A stretch of DNA of 40,645 nt from Syntrophobacterales bacterium (GTDB taxonomy: Bacteria > Desulfobacterota > Syntrophorhabdia > Syntrophorhabdales > WCHB1-27): NCBI GenBank assembly GCA_017881765.1, contig JADGQN010000001.1, positions 1 to 40,645 on the forward strand. The letters are read 5' to 3'. The notes under the pieces are model-generated. The model ran no database searches and was not told where the DNA came from. It was given only the letters and a program-made list of their open reading frames with translations. Each line of letters opens with the position of its first letter. The stretch's first letter is position 1. Below are positions 7,952 through 16,324 of the stretch, piece by piece. The position numbers and the translations under genes were made by a program.

Positions 7952-8146
7952 TTACACGGTAATGTCAATCGTTCCTTGTTTTTCCGAATCCTCTTTCTCG
8001 GCCTCCTGTGCGGTGAATCGTTTCGAACGGTCCTCACGGCCTTTCTCGCCGTCCCGTTCGCGCCGCCTGTCGATGCCTGAGAGCCGTACCTTCCTGTCCA
8101 TTGAAAGGATCTTTGGAATAAGATCAACATCAAATAGCCCCGCCAT
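7952..8146 (-). CDS. hypothetical small highly charged protein (64 aa)
   Basis: Strong SD (GAAGGAGGttcccATG). Last ORF after cheW. The sequence is Arg/Glu/Lys-rich (RRRERDGEKGREDRSKRFTAQEAEKEDSEKQ). I recognise no family. Confidence 0.5.
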   Translation of the reverse strand: MAGLFDVDLIPKILSMDRKVRLSGIDRRRERDGEKGREDRSKRFTAQEAEKEDSEKQGTIDITV

Positions 8147-8213
8147 GGGAACCTCCTTCGACCCCGGAAGTCAGTTTATGTCCTGCTGTGTCCGGGCCGT
8201 TCTGGTAGTTCAC

Positions 8214-8666
8214 TCAATCAGGAGCAATCCCTCCTGCCGCCAAAAACATCTTTTGAAGATTCAGCAGGATGAGAAGCCTGTCGTCCACCTTACCGACACC
8301 GCCGACATAGTCCGCATCCAATGCTCCTGCAAAGGTTGGCGGTGCCTCGACTGCACTTTCGGGCAACCTCACCACTTCCGACACGGAATCGACGAGAAAT
8401 CCCGCGACCAGCCCCCCGATCTCGATCACCATGATCCTGCTTTGCTTGTCGGCCGCCCTCGCCTGAAAGCCGAGCAGTCTTCTCAAATCGACCACCGGGA
8501 TGATCTTTCCCCGCAAGTTCATGACTCCCTGGACGTGAGAGGGCGCATTGGGAATCCGTGTGAGCTCAACGGCCCTGTTAATCTCCTGGACGCTCGCAAT
8601 ATCGACCGCAAACTCCTCGGCGTCAATCTTGAACGCTACAAGCTCTCGTATGTGTCCGTCAGCCAC
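8214..8666 (-). CDS. cheW: chemotaxis coupling protein CheW
   Basis: 150 aa. ELVAFKIDAEEFAVDIASVQEI...GVMNLRGKIIPVVDLRRLLG is typical of CheW. GTG start with SD GAGGA 6 nt upstream. Confidence 0.9.
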   Translation of the reverse strand: MADGHIRELVAFKIDAEEFAVDIASVQEINRAVELTRIPNAPSHVQGVMNLRGKIIPVVDLRRLLGFQARAADKQSRIMVIEIGGLVAGFLVDSVSEVVRLPESAVEAPPTFAGALDADYVGGVGKVDDRLLILLNLQKMFLAAGGIAPD

Positions 8667-8677
8667 CGTACGTCCTC

Positions 8678-8802
8678 ATACCAAGTTGCCTTCATTCATA
8701 TAGCTTCGTTGCCTGCGGAGGCGACTCCGACGTACTATAAGTACGCCTCCGTCGCTATCCTCCTGGTGGCCTTGCTCTATTTTTGAATGCAACATGGTAT
8801 AA
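8678..8802. repeat. MITE/ERIC-like hairpin repeat, copy B (subfamily with copy D)
   Basis: ATACCAAGTTGCCttcattcatatagcttcgttgcctgcggaggcgactccgacgtacTATAAgtacgcctccgtcgc...GCAACATGGTATaa. It has 12-bp terminal inverted repeats (11/12), TA flanks and an internal hairpin. Confidence 0.85.
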
Positions 8803-8940
8803 CCCTCTAAACGGATAATCGCTTACCTGTTGAAAAACTTAAACATTTCATGCAAAAAGTATGCTTAACCAATGAAAATGTATCCGGTTTGTTCGACCTG
8901 AGTCTCTTCTCGGGGTTAGAACGTGTGAAGCCACCCTTTA

Positions 8941-9011
8941 CGTCATTCCGGCGAACGCCGGAATCCAGATTCTGCAAGGATTTCTGGACCCCGGTTTTCA
9001 CCGGCGTGACG
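8941..9011. repeat. compound extragenic palindrome (three hairpins enclosed by a cgtca/tgacg stem)
   Basis: ttccggcgAAcgccggaa (8946-8963), tccaga-N13-tctgga (8964-8988), ccgg-ttttca-ccgg (8991-9004), with outer stem cgtca (8941-8945) and tgacg (9007-9011). It is reminiscent of REP-type palindromes that yield the 'SGVRRND' pseudo-peptides seen in spurious ORF 8807-9001. Confidence 0.7.
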
Positions 9012-9118
9012 ACATGAGAGTGCCCGCACTTTCGCAGGTAGATGCTAGAATATCCGGTCTTCGTCTGTACCCCGGTAGCGAAGCATCCTGTAAGGAACCC
9101 TTGACCCGTGACCCTGTC

Positions 9119-10879
9119 TTAGGCAGCGAAATGTTGCTTGCCGAAGTGCTCAACAATGCGTGCAAGGTCGAGTATCAGGACGACTCTGCCGTCACCACGG
9201 ATAGTGGCGCCGGCTATCCATGGTACGCCCTTCAGAAATTCGCCGAGCGACTTGATGACCACTTCCTCCTCACCGACTACGGAGCCCACACGTATTCCTA
9301 TGGGTCTTCCAGGCGTTTTGCAGAGTATGACCGAGCGTTCTTCAACCGGGTCTGACGGGCAGGAGACGATATCAGAGAGCCTCACGAGCGGAACGGTCAA
9401 TTCTCGCAGGACCAGCAGCTCATGGCCTTGAACCGTTTTGACCAGTGCCTCTCTTGGCTTGATTACTTCGAGTACGACATCGAGTGGAATAGCGTAAAAC
9501 TCGCTACCCACGCTGACAAGAAGGGCTTTGATGATGGCCAGAGTCAGGGGCAAGGTGATAGTAAGTTTCGTAAATTCTCCTTCTTTCGACTCTACGTAAA
9601 CCTGACCATTCATCCGTTCAATGTTCGTCTTGACCACATCCATACCCACACCCCTGCCCGAAACGGACGTCAGCTCCTTTGCCGTGCTAAAACCCGGGAC
9701 AAAGATATAGTTGATCGCTTCTCCTGTGCTGAGCCTCTCAACCTCACCGGCCTGCAGGAGTCCTTTTTCCATGATTTTCGCCTTGATCGCCCTGACGTCC
9801 ATCCCCTTGCCATCATCCAGAATCTCTATAGCCACCTGGTTGCCCTCATACCGGGCTTTAACCGCGACAACCCCTCTCGTCGCCTTACCTTTCCTCCTAC
9901 GTTCTTCCGGTGGCTCAATGCCGTGATCGATTGAGTTTCGCATGATGTGAGTCAGAGGATCGTGGAGGGTCTCGATCAGGGACTTGTCCAGCTCTGTTTC
10001 ACCACCTTCGATAATCAGCCGCACCTCTTTGCCGGACATCGAACAGAGGTCCCGGACAAGCCTCGGCACCTTGTTGAAGAGTCTGCTTATGGGCACGAGG
10101 CGCGCTCTCATGACTGCCGCCTGCAGATTATTCGTGATCGTCTCGATATGGTTCGTTCCGTCCGCAAGGCTCTCCAGTGCCGGGCGTGCGGTTTCACCAT
10201 CCTTAAAAAGAGCGTTCAACAGCATGAGCCTGTTCTTACCGATCACCAGCTCACCGACCAGGTTCATCAATTCGTCGAGTTTTCTCACCTCCACCCGCAC
10301 CGTCTGCTCTTTCTTCGGCATCGTGCTAAGCAGCTGCTCATCTTCGCCGGCACCGTGCTCCTGTGGCCCGTCTTGTTTGATTGCCTCAAACCCGTCCGGT
10401 TCTATGGCGATCTCTCGCTTCAGATCTGTTCCATGTCCTTGTGCGCGCTCGCGCGGGACAGTCTTGGGGGTTTGGTCCTTTTTTTCCTGAATGGTTCTCA
10501 GTTCAGCAAGCAGATGTTCTACGTCTCTAGCTTCCTTGCCCTGCGAACTGATGTCTTCAACGAGCAGTCTCATTACGTCGAGTGACTTGAGAATGAGATT
10601 GATAACGTCAGGACTAAGCCCCAGGTCCCCTTTTCGCACCTTGCTCAGCACGTCCTCGGTCTTGTGGGCGAGGGCTGATAGCGTGGTGAAGCCCAGGAAT
10701 CCTGACGTGCCCTTGATGGTGTGTACGGTTCTGAATACACTGTTGATGGTCTGAGTGGAGGGCTCTTCCTCCAATCTGACGATGTCACGTATGGCTGTGT
10801 CTACCAGCTCGACGGACTCAGTGATGAACTCGCCTATGATCTCCTGAAGCTCCTCCTGGTCAATCGGTTGATCTTCCAT
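9119..10879 (-). CDS. cheA: chemotaxis histidine kinase CheA
   Basis: HPt FRTVHTIKGTSGFLG, N box HIMRNSIDHGIE, G1 DDGKGMD, G2 GRGVGMDVV and a C-terminal CheW-like domain. The linker after P1 is short and low-complexity, so there is no obvious P2. ATG 10879 (SD AGGGAG 7 nt upstream) is preferred over TTG 10906. Confidence 0.95.
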   Translation of the reverse strand: MEDQPIDQEELQEIIGEFITESVELVDTAIRDIVRLEEEPSTQTINSVFRTVHTIKGTSGFLGFTTLSALAHKTEDVLSKVRKGDLGLSPDVINLILKSLDVMRLLVEDISSQGKEARDVEHLLAELRTIQEKKDQTPKTVPRERAQGHGTDLKREIAIEPDGFEAIKQDGPQEHGAGEDEQLLSTMPKKEQTVRVEVRKLDELMNLVGELVIGKNRLMLLNALFKDGETARPALESLADGTNHIETITNNLQAAVMRARLVPISRLFNKVPRLVRDLCSMSGKEVRLIIEGGETELDKSLIETLHDPLTHIMRNSIDHGIEPPEERRRKGKATRGVVAVKARYEGNQVAIEILDDGKGMDVRAIKAKIMEKGLLQAGEVERLSTGEAINYIFVPGFSTAKELTSVSGRGVGMDVVKTNIERMNGQVYVESKEGEFTKLTITLPLTLAIIKALLVSVGSEFYAIPLDVVLEVIKPREALVKTVQGHELLVLRELTVPLVRLSDIVSCPSDPVEERSVILCKTPGRPIGIRVGSVVGEEEVVIKSLGEFLKGVPWIAGATIRGDGRVVLILDLARIVEHFGKQHFAA

Positions 10880-10921
10880 CACCGCGCTCCCTGAGCAAAG
10901 ACTCAATGCCTGAAACTTTTC

Positions 10922-11749
10922 TCACTCTGCGCCTTTCTGATAAACAATGGTTCCCGGCAGAGCGATCGGCTTCAACGCCTTCGAAACCGGATAAAGAGAC
11001 TCAGAATGGCCGAGGAAGAGGTACCCCCCGGACTTCAGGACATCGTGGAGATGATTAGCGACCTTTTTCTTCATACCTTCATCAAAGTAAATCAACACAT
11101 TCCGGCAGAAGACAATATCCGTCTTTCCCAACTTCCGGTATGCTTTTGTGTCGTTCAGGTTCATGAATTCAAACTTCACCCGCCCCTTGACCGAGTCGTT
11201 GATGGCATAACCGTTGTTTACTTTAGTGAAATACTTATCCTTGATTGGCGCATCCACGTGGCGCATAGCGTAGTTGTTGAAAATGGCTGTTTCCGCGGAG
11301 AGAAGCGCCTTCTTGCTTATGTCGGTTCCGATGATCGCAAAAGGGTGCGTCTCACGCAGTGCCTCCATCTCTTCAAGGATGATGATTGCGATAGTGTACG
11401 GTTCCTCTCCGGTGGAACAACCAGCGCTCCAAACCCTTAGTGTCTCTGACCGGTTGTCCGGGCTGAGGTATTCGGAGCGCAGAATCGACTTCAGCATTTC
11501 CAGCTGCGGCGGGTTTCTGAAAAAGCTCGTTTCGTTGGTGGTCACAACGTCGAAAAGGCTGAAAAGTTCCTCTGCCGCCCTTTCCCCGTACCGGAGGTAA
11601 TAGTAGTAATCCTCAAAGGTTGAGAGGTTCAGTTCAGCCAGCCGGTTCTTCAGTCTGTTTTCCAGCAGATAAGCCTTGTTGTCGGAGAAATATATTCCGG
11701 ACTTCTCGTAGACGAGATCACGTAAAGAAATGAACTCTTCACGTCTCAT
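10922..11749 (-). CDS. cheR: chemotaxis protein methyltransferase CheR
   Basis: 275 aa. TNETSFFRNPPQLE and SAM-binding LRVWSAGCSTGEEPYTIAI. ATGA overlap with the upstream gene. Confidence 0.95.
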   Translation of the reverse strand: MRREEFISLRDLVYEKSGIYFSDNKAYLLENRLKNRLAELNLSTFEDYYYYLRYGERAAEELFSLFDVVTTNETSFFRNPPQLEMLKSILRSEYLSPDNRSETLRVWSAGCSTGEEPYTIAIIILEEMEALRETHPFAIIGTDISKKALLSAETAIFNNYAMRHVDAPIKDKYFTKVNNGYAINDSVKGRVKFEFMNLNDTKAYRKLGKTDIVFCRNVLIYFDEGMKKKVANHLHDVLKSGGYLFLGHSESLYPVSKALKPIALPGTIVYQKGAE

Positions 11750-12777
11750 GGCGATACCACTCGCTTTCTCTGTTTGAGTTGTTTGACTGCCGCGCCGGCA
11801 ACAGACCGGAGGGCCACATCTTGATTTTTCGTGAAGGGTTTAATGTGAGAGATGGCGGCAGGATCACCGAGGTCTGAGAGGGCCTTGATGCTGCCAATTT
11901 TTATGAGGGTGTTTTCGTCACCAAGGCCGCCGACGAAAACATCAAATAATGCGTGGTCTTTAAATACAGCCAGCCCGGTAAGCACCTCGTATCGCGCCCA
12001 GGAGTCTCGGCCGGCATCTGAAAAGAGGCGAACCAGCTGATCCTTAAAGGTGTCCAATTTTGTTTCTCTGATCACCCTGAGCAGTTCATGGAGGGCTGGC
12101 TGCTCCACAAAAAGCCTGTTAAGAATTTCCAGATATCGGTCGTCTCTTTCGAGGAGCCTGCCGGCTGCGTAAATGGCGCTCCGCATGACCGCTTCTTGCG
12201 GATCGGCAAGGAGTGCCTTCATCATCGTGAACGACCTTTCCTTGTCCAGATGATCCATCGCCGTAAGTGCAACCTTTTTGTCCTCGCCGGAGCCTTGAGC
12301 AACCAAGGACTCAACAAGTGCCGTTGCCCCGCCGATATCCAGGCTGACAAGTGCCTGAAGCGCCTTTCTTCGCACGTCGAGGAAGCCGACCTTGGCCAGA
12401 TCAAGGATTTCAGGTGCAAGACCATCTAGGCCAAGCATGGCCGAAGCGAGTGCCGCATCGCCCTGCACGTGCCCGTCTTCGTCAGAAAGAGCCTTTTTGA
12501 GCAGAGTGTTGCCGCCACCTTCAAGGATGTTGGGCAGCTGGCGTATGATCTCTCTTTTAAGATCGAGAGGCGCGTCGGAGAAGACTCGGTATAGCGACTC
12601 TTCACGCGGGTCCCCGGTCGCCCCCTCCCGCGGCAAAGCCACCGGAGCCTGCCGCACCCGCAGGCGGGTACCCGGCTCGCCGTGCTCGCTAGATAGATTT
12701 CCACGGGTGTTGAAATCTATTCTTTCCTTCTCTTTCTCTTTGCCCTTTTTCCGGCCGGCCGTTTGCGCTTGTTTCAT
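11746..12777 (-). CDS. HEAT-repeat protein embedded in the che operon
   Basis: 343 aa. Charged, Lys/Glu-rich N-terminus, then reiterated helical ~30-aa units (LLKKALSDEDGHVQGDAALA..., ALTAMDHLD..., IKALSDLGDPAAISHI...ALRSVAGAAVKQL) typical of PBS-lyase/HEAT-like repeats. ATGA overlaps with both cheB and cheR. Confidence 0.7.
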   Translation of the reverse strand: MKQAQTAGRKKGKEKEKERIDFNTRGNLSSEHGEPGTRLRVRQAPVALPREGATGDPREESLYRVFSDAPLDLKREIIRQLPNILEGGGNTLLKKALSDEDGHVQGDAALASAMLGLDGLAPEILDLAKVGFLDVRRKALQALVSLDIGGATALVESLVAQGSGEDKKVALTAMDHLDKERSFTMMKALLADPQEAVMRSAIYAAGRLLERDDRYLEILNRLFVEQPALHELLRVIRETKLDTFKDQLVRLFSDAGRDSWARYEVLTGLAVFKDHALFDVFVGGLGDENTLIKIGSIKALSDLGDPAAISHIKPFTKNQDVALRSVAGAAVKQLKQRKRVVSP

Positions 12778-13805
12778 AGTACTCGTATGATCTCCTCCAC
12801 GATCTTCTGCAGAGGAACTACTGAATTCGCCAACTCCGCCTCAACCACAGCTTTCGGCATGCCATAGACAGCCGAGGTTTCTTCGTCCTGAGCAATCACG
12901 TAACCATTCCTCGCCCGTACATCCCTGACGCCACTCAATCCGTCGGTACCCATTCCTGTCAGGATAACGGCTATCGTCTTCGATTCATAAACCTTGGCGA
13001 TGCCGGAAAGAAGCAGATCGACGGACGGCCTGTACCTACAGGTCTGATCCTCAACGAATTCGACAATCACGTCAGGACCTCTGCGGCGCACACTCATATG
13101 CACGTCACCCGGGGCCAGCAGGGCTACGCCGGCTCTCAGGCTCTCTTTGTTTTCGGCCTCTTTAACCACGATCTGCGTCATAGCATTAAGCCTCTCGGCA
13201 AAGGATTGTGTGAACGCCTTTGGCATGTGCTGGGCTATGGCGATGGGAACCGGAAAGTCCTTTGGCAGGCGGGTAAGGATGTGCTGAAGCGCCGGAGGTC
13301 CGCCGGTCGAGGCGCCCAAAGCCACAATCGCCCGCAGCCCCCTGCCCGGGGCCACAAACGCCAGAGGTTGCTTTGTGCCCCCCTGCCTCAGCAGGAACGA
13401 ACCTATACGCCTTTTGGCTACGGCCTTGACCTTCCGTATCAGTTCTTCCTCAATCCTCGAAATGTTCAGCGCCCCGCCGGAAAGGTCTTTGGGCACAAAG
13501 TCGCAAGCGCCCATCTCGAGAGCGTCAAGCGTCGTTCCCGCTCCCTCCTTTGTTGCCGCGCTCAGCATAATGACGGGTATCGGGTTCCGCGACATGATAT
13601 GTTTGAGAGCTTCCAGTCCGTTCATACGCGGCATTTCAACGTCCATCGTGACTACGTCGGGCTTCAACGCCTCTGCTTTCTCTATAGCCTCCTCTCCGTT
13701 CTGGGCCGTGCCGATCACCTGGATAAACTGGTCCTTACTCAGCATGCGCGAGATGATCCGCCTCATCAGGGCTGAATCATCAACAACCAGAACCCGTATC
13801 ATCAT
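12774..13805 (-). CDS. cheB: chemotaxis response regulator protein-glutamate methylesterase CheB
   Basis: REC domain (VLVVDDSALMRR...DVVTMDVEMPRMNG) plus esterase motifs GASTGGP, QHMP and GMGTDG. Confidence 0.95.
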   Translation of the reverse strand: MMIRVLVVDDSALMRRIISRMLSKDQFIQVIGTAQNGEEAIEKAEALKPDVVTMDVEMPRMNGLEALKHIMSRNPIPVIMLSAATKEGAGTTLDALEMGACDFVPKDLSGGALNISRIEEELIRKVKAVAKRRIGSFLLRQGGTKQPLAFVAPGRGLRAIVALGASTGGPPALQHILTRLPKDFPVPIAIAQHMPKAFTQSFAERLNAMTQIVVKEAENKESLRAGVALLAPGDVHMSVRRRGPDVIVEFVEDQTCRYRPSVDLLLSGIAKVYESKTIAVILTGMGTDGLSGVRDVRARNGYVIAQDEETSAVYGMPKAVVEAELANSVVPLQKIVEEIIRVL

Positions 13806-14685
13806 CGCCTGCGGTGACTTCTATAAGTCCTTTTGCACTTTTGAGGGAATCGTAGGCCGAGGACAGGAATTTTATTTCATCGTGGATTATGACAGCATCG
13901 GTAGATTCGCTCGCTGCCTGGCAGAATTCCCGATGGCGTGCGGCAAAGTCGTCGAAGTTCTCCAGATCGGTGTATATATCGATTCTTTTGGCGAATTGGT
14001 TGGCAAGATGTGTGGCAAAGGCGCTTTCTCTGTTTTGTTGAGCCGCCTCAGGAAGATGGTGGTATCTGACTCCATCGACGATAGCCGAAGGCAGGTTCCA
14101 CAGCTCAAGAAGGGAAGCGCCTACCTGGCCGTGATCCACTGAATAAACCGCCCGTTCGGCCTCAACCGCGGGCATATGCTCTTCCTTAATGAGTGCCAGC
14201 ACTTCCTGCCATTCCTTTTTGAAGTACCGGTACATGATGATTCTGCCTATATCGTGGAGAATGCCGCTGACGTAAACCTCGTTCTGGTCAACGGCAGCTG
14301 TGGCGTAGGCGCCTATCAGCTTTGCAAGGCTGCCGCAGACGATGGCGTGGGTGATGAACAATTTCTTGTTAAAGGTTGTGTCCGCTCCCTGTATCATGCC
14401 CAGGAAGGGCATCTGAAGAACGATATACCCAAGGTGCTCATACCCTATGACAGCTATGGCCCTCTCCATGGTTGTGATGCTCCTGAAACTGCGTGTCCCG
14501 AAATAGGCGGTATTTGCGATCCTCAGGACTTCGCCTGCCATCGAGGGGTCCATATGGCGCGCGAGGTCCGAAGCCGAGCTCATCGGATCAGAGATCAGCG
14601 CGAGGATTTCGCTCACAATCTTCGGGAAGGTGGGCAGAATTTCAATCTGGCGCAATTTCTTTACAATATAGTCCTGGTTGCCCAT
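13780..14685 (-). CDS. HDOD domain signalling protein
   Basis: 301 aa. IEILPTFPKIVSEILALISDPMSSASDLARHMDPSMAGEVLRIANTAYFG...HDIGRII matches HDOD architecture. Its 3' end overlaps the cheB start by 26 nt. Confidence 0.8.
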   Translation of the reverse strand: MGNQDYIVKKLRQIEILPTFPKIVSEILALISDPMSSASDLARHMDPSMAGEVLRIANTAYFGTRSFRSITTMERAIAVIGYEHLGYIVLQMPFLGMIQGADTTFNKKLFITHAIVCGSLAKLIGAYATAAVDQNEVYVSGILHDIGRIIMYRYFKKEWQEVLALIKEEHMPAVEAERAVYSVDHGQVGASLLELWNLPSAIVDGVRYHHLPEAAQQNRESAFATHLANQFAKRIDIYTDLENFDDFAARHREFCQAASESTDAVIIHDEIKFLSSAYDSLKSAKGLIEVTAGDDDTGSGC

Positions 14686-14708
14686 GTCGTCACATGACCT
14701 TTACCTAT

Positions 14709-14735
14709 TTATCGATCAATTGTGGATTGAGCTTA
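14709..14735 (-). promoter_or_regulatory. sigma-28-like promoter for the HDOD-cheB-HEAT-cheR-cheA-cheW operon
   Basis: The minus strand reads TAAG-ctcaatccacaattg-ATCGATAA (6/8 in the -10 element, N15 spacer), 24 nt upstream of the HDOD ATG. Palindromes (gcgggtacccgc, cccgctagcggg) lie between the fliA stop and this site. Confidence 0.45.
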
Positions 14736-14840
14736 AACTTTTAGGGGAGGCTCACGCATCCGCACGCGGGTACCCGCTAGCGGGTGAGAACGGAAGGAAT
14801 GGTGTGAGCGGACGGCTTGCGGGTAACTAACCGTGGGAAA

Positions 14841-15584
14841 CTATTTCAGCTTTTTTTTGAGAAAGGTCCTGAGGCTCAAGACTGCCTGGGAATGGATCTG
14901 GGATATTCTCGCTTCCGTGATGCCAAGCACCTCCGCGATCTCTTTCATATTCATGTCCTCATAGTAGTACAAGCTGAGGACCAACTTCTGCTTCTCAGGG
15001 AGCCGGTCGATCTCGCGGCCAAGCAAGCCTTCCAGTTCCCTCATCTCGGCACGCGCTTCAGGGCTGGCCCCCTCCTCTACGACGTACCTGATGATACCCT
15101 CCCGATCCATGCCGGATACCTCGGAGATATCTTCTATACTCAGAACTGAGAGGCTCCCGAAATCCTTGAGCATGATCAGGTAATCGTCGAGGTCGACCTT
15201 CAGTTCCTCGGCCACCTCTTCCTCCCGAGGGTACCGCCCCAGCCGTGCCTCCAGCTTCCTGATCACCTCCTCAAGCTTCTTTGCCTTGGTCCTGGCACTC
15301 CTTGGGAACCAGTCACGTTTGCGGAGTTCATCGATCATCGCTCCCCGGATTCTCAAGTAAGCGAAGGTGTTCAGCTTGATCCCCCTGGTCGCGTCGAACT
15401 TCTCCATGGCCTCGAGCAAACCGAGTACGCCTGAGGAAATGAGATCCTCCGTGATACCATCGTCGTCAAAGCCCCTCGAAACCTTGAAGGCCAAGTGTTT
15501 TATGATGGGAAGGAACTCTTCAATGATCCTCTCCCTGTCGTCAACCTCTTGCTTCCTATAGGCATTTTTCTTAAGCATGCTCAC
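14841..15584 (-). CDS. fliA: flagellar sigma factor FliA (sigma-28)
   Basis: 247 aa. Region 2 (FDATRGIKLNTFAYLRIRGAMIDELR) and region 4.2 HTH (MKEIAEVLGITEARISQIHSQAVLSLR). The start is GTG 15584 (GTGA overlap with flhG) or ATG 15578. Confidence 0.92.
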   Translation of the reverse strand: MSMLKKNAYRKQEVDDRERIIEEFLPIIKHLAFKVSRGFDDDGITEDLISSGVLGLLEAMEKFDATRGIKLNTFAYLRIRGAMIDELRKRDWFPRSARTKAKKLEEVIRKLEARLGRYPREEEVAEELKVDLDDYLIMLKDFGSLSVLSIEDISEVSGMDREGIIRYVVEEGASPEARAEMRELEGLLGREIDRLPEKQKLVLSLYYYEDMNMKEIAEVLGITEARISQIHSQAVLSLRTFLKKKLK

Positions 15585-16324
15585 GCCACCAGCCTGTTAC
15601 AGATTTGCACCAGAGCCTTTGTCGCATGTGTTTCCGGAAAGGCCTCGGCCCACAGCTTCTGTCTCTTGACGGCAATACCGACGTTCTTGTCGGCGGGGAT
15701 ATAGCCTGCGAAATCGAGGGAGATGTTGAGGAACCTGTCGGTCACCAGGAGAATCTTCTTGTACATGTCGAGGGCTTCTTTTTCATCCTTCACCATGTTC
15801 ACGACGACCTGGAAATCCCGGCGCCCGGTTTCCTTGCTCAGCACTTTGATTGTTGCGTAAGAGTCGGTGAGACTGGCCGGATCGGGCGTGATGACGACGA
15901 ACACGTCTTCGCTTATCGCATTAAAATAGACAACATTCGAAGAGATGCCCGCGGAGGTATCCATAAGCAGAAAGTCATAGTCCGGAATGTCCTGGAAGGA
16001 GGATAGCAGTATGTTTCTCTCCTCCATGGAGAGGTTTGAGAACTCAGAGACACCCGAGGTGGCCGGTATGATCTTGATACCGAAGGGACCCTCGACGATG
16101 ACATCCTTCATGGTCTTGCTACCGTTTATCAAGTCTCTGATATTGAATTTCGGCACCATGCCAAGCATGATATCGATGTTTCCCAGAGCCAGATCCGCGT
16201 CCAGGATATATGTTGACTTTCGCATCGCGCTCAAGAGGTACGCCATATTCGACACAATGGATGATTTGCCGACGCCCCCTTTTCCGCTTGTGATGGCTAT
16301 AGTCCTTTTTCTTCGTGCCTCCAT
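15581..16324 (-). CDS. flhG: MinD/ParA-type flagellar number regulator FlhG (FleN/YlxH)
   Basis: Deviant Walker A IAITSGKGGVGKSS. 247 aa. Located between flhF and fliA. Confidence 0.9.
   Translation of the reverse strand: MEARRKRTIAITSGKGGVGKSSIVSNMAYLLSAMRKSTYILDADLALGNIDIMLGMVPKFNIRDLINGSKTMKDVIVEGPFGIKIIPATSGVSEFSNLSMEERNILLSSFQDIPDYDFLLMDTSAGISSNVVYFNAISEDVFVVITPDPASLTDSYATIKVLSKETGRRDFQVVVNMVKDEKEALDMYKKILLVTDRFLNISLDFAGYIPADKNVGIAVKRQKLWAEAFPETHATKALVQICNRLVA

Noticed and set aside
7912-8133. An alternative-frame 73-aa ORF overlapping the 64-aa small ORF.
   Set aside because: It has no SD, its composition is an Arg/Pro-rich shadow of the other frame, and it starts inside the better-supported ORF.
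8807-9001. A 64-aa minus-strand ORF between cheA and cheW.
   Set aside because: It is assembled from the 71-bp extragenic palindrome and AT-rich spacer (the peptide ...LDSGVRRNDVKGG... is the read-through of a hairpin repeat). It has no SD, so it is treated as non-coding.
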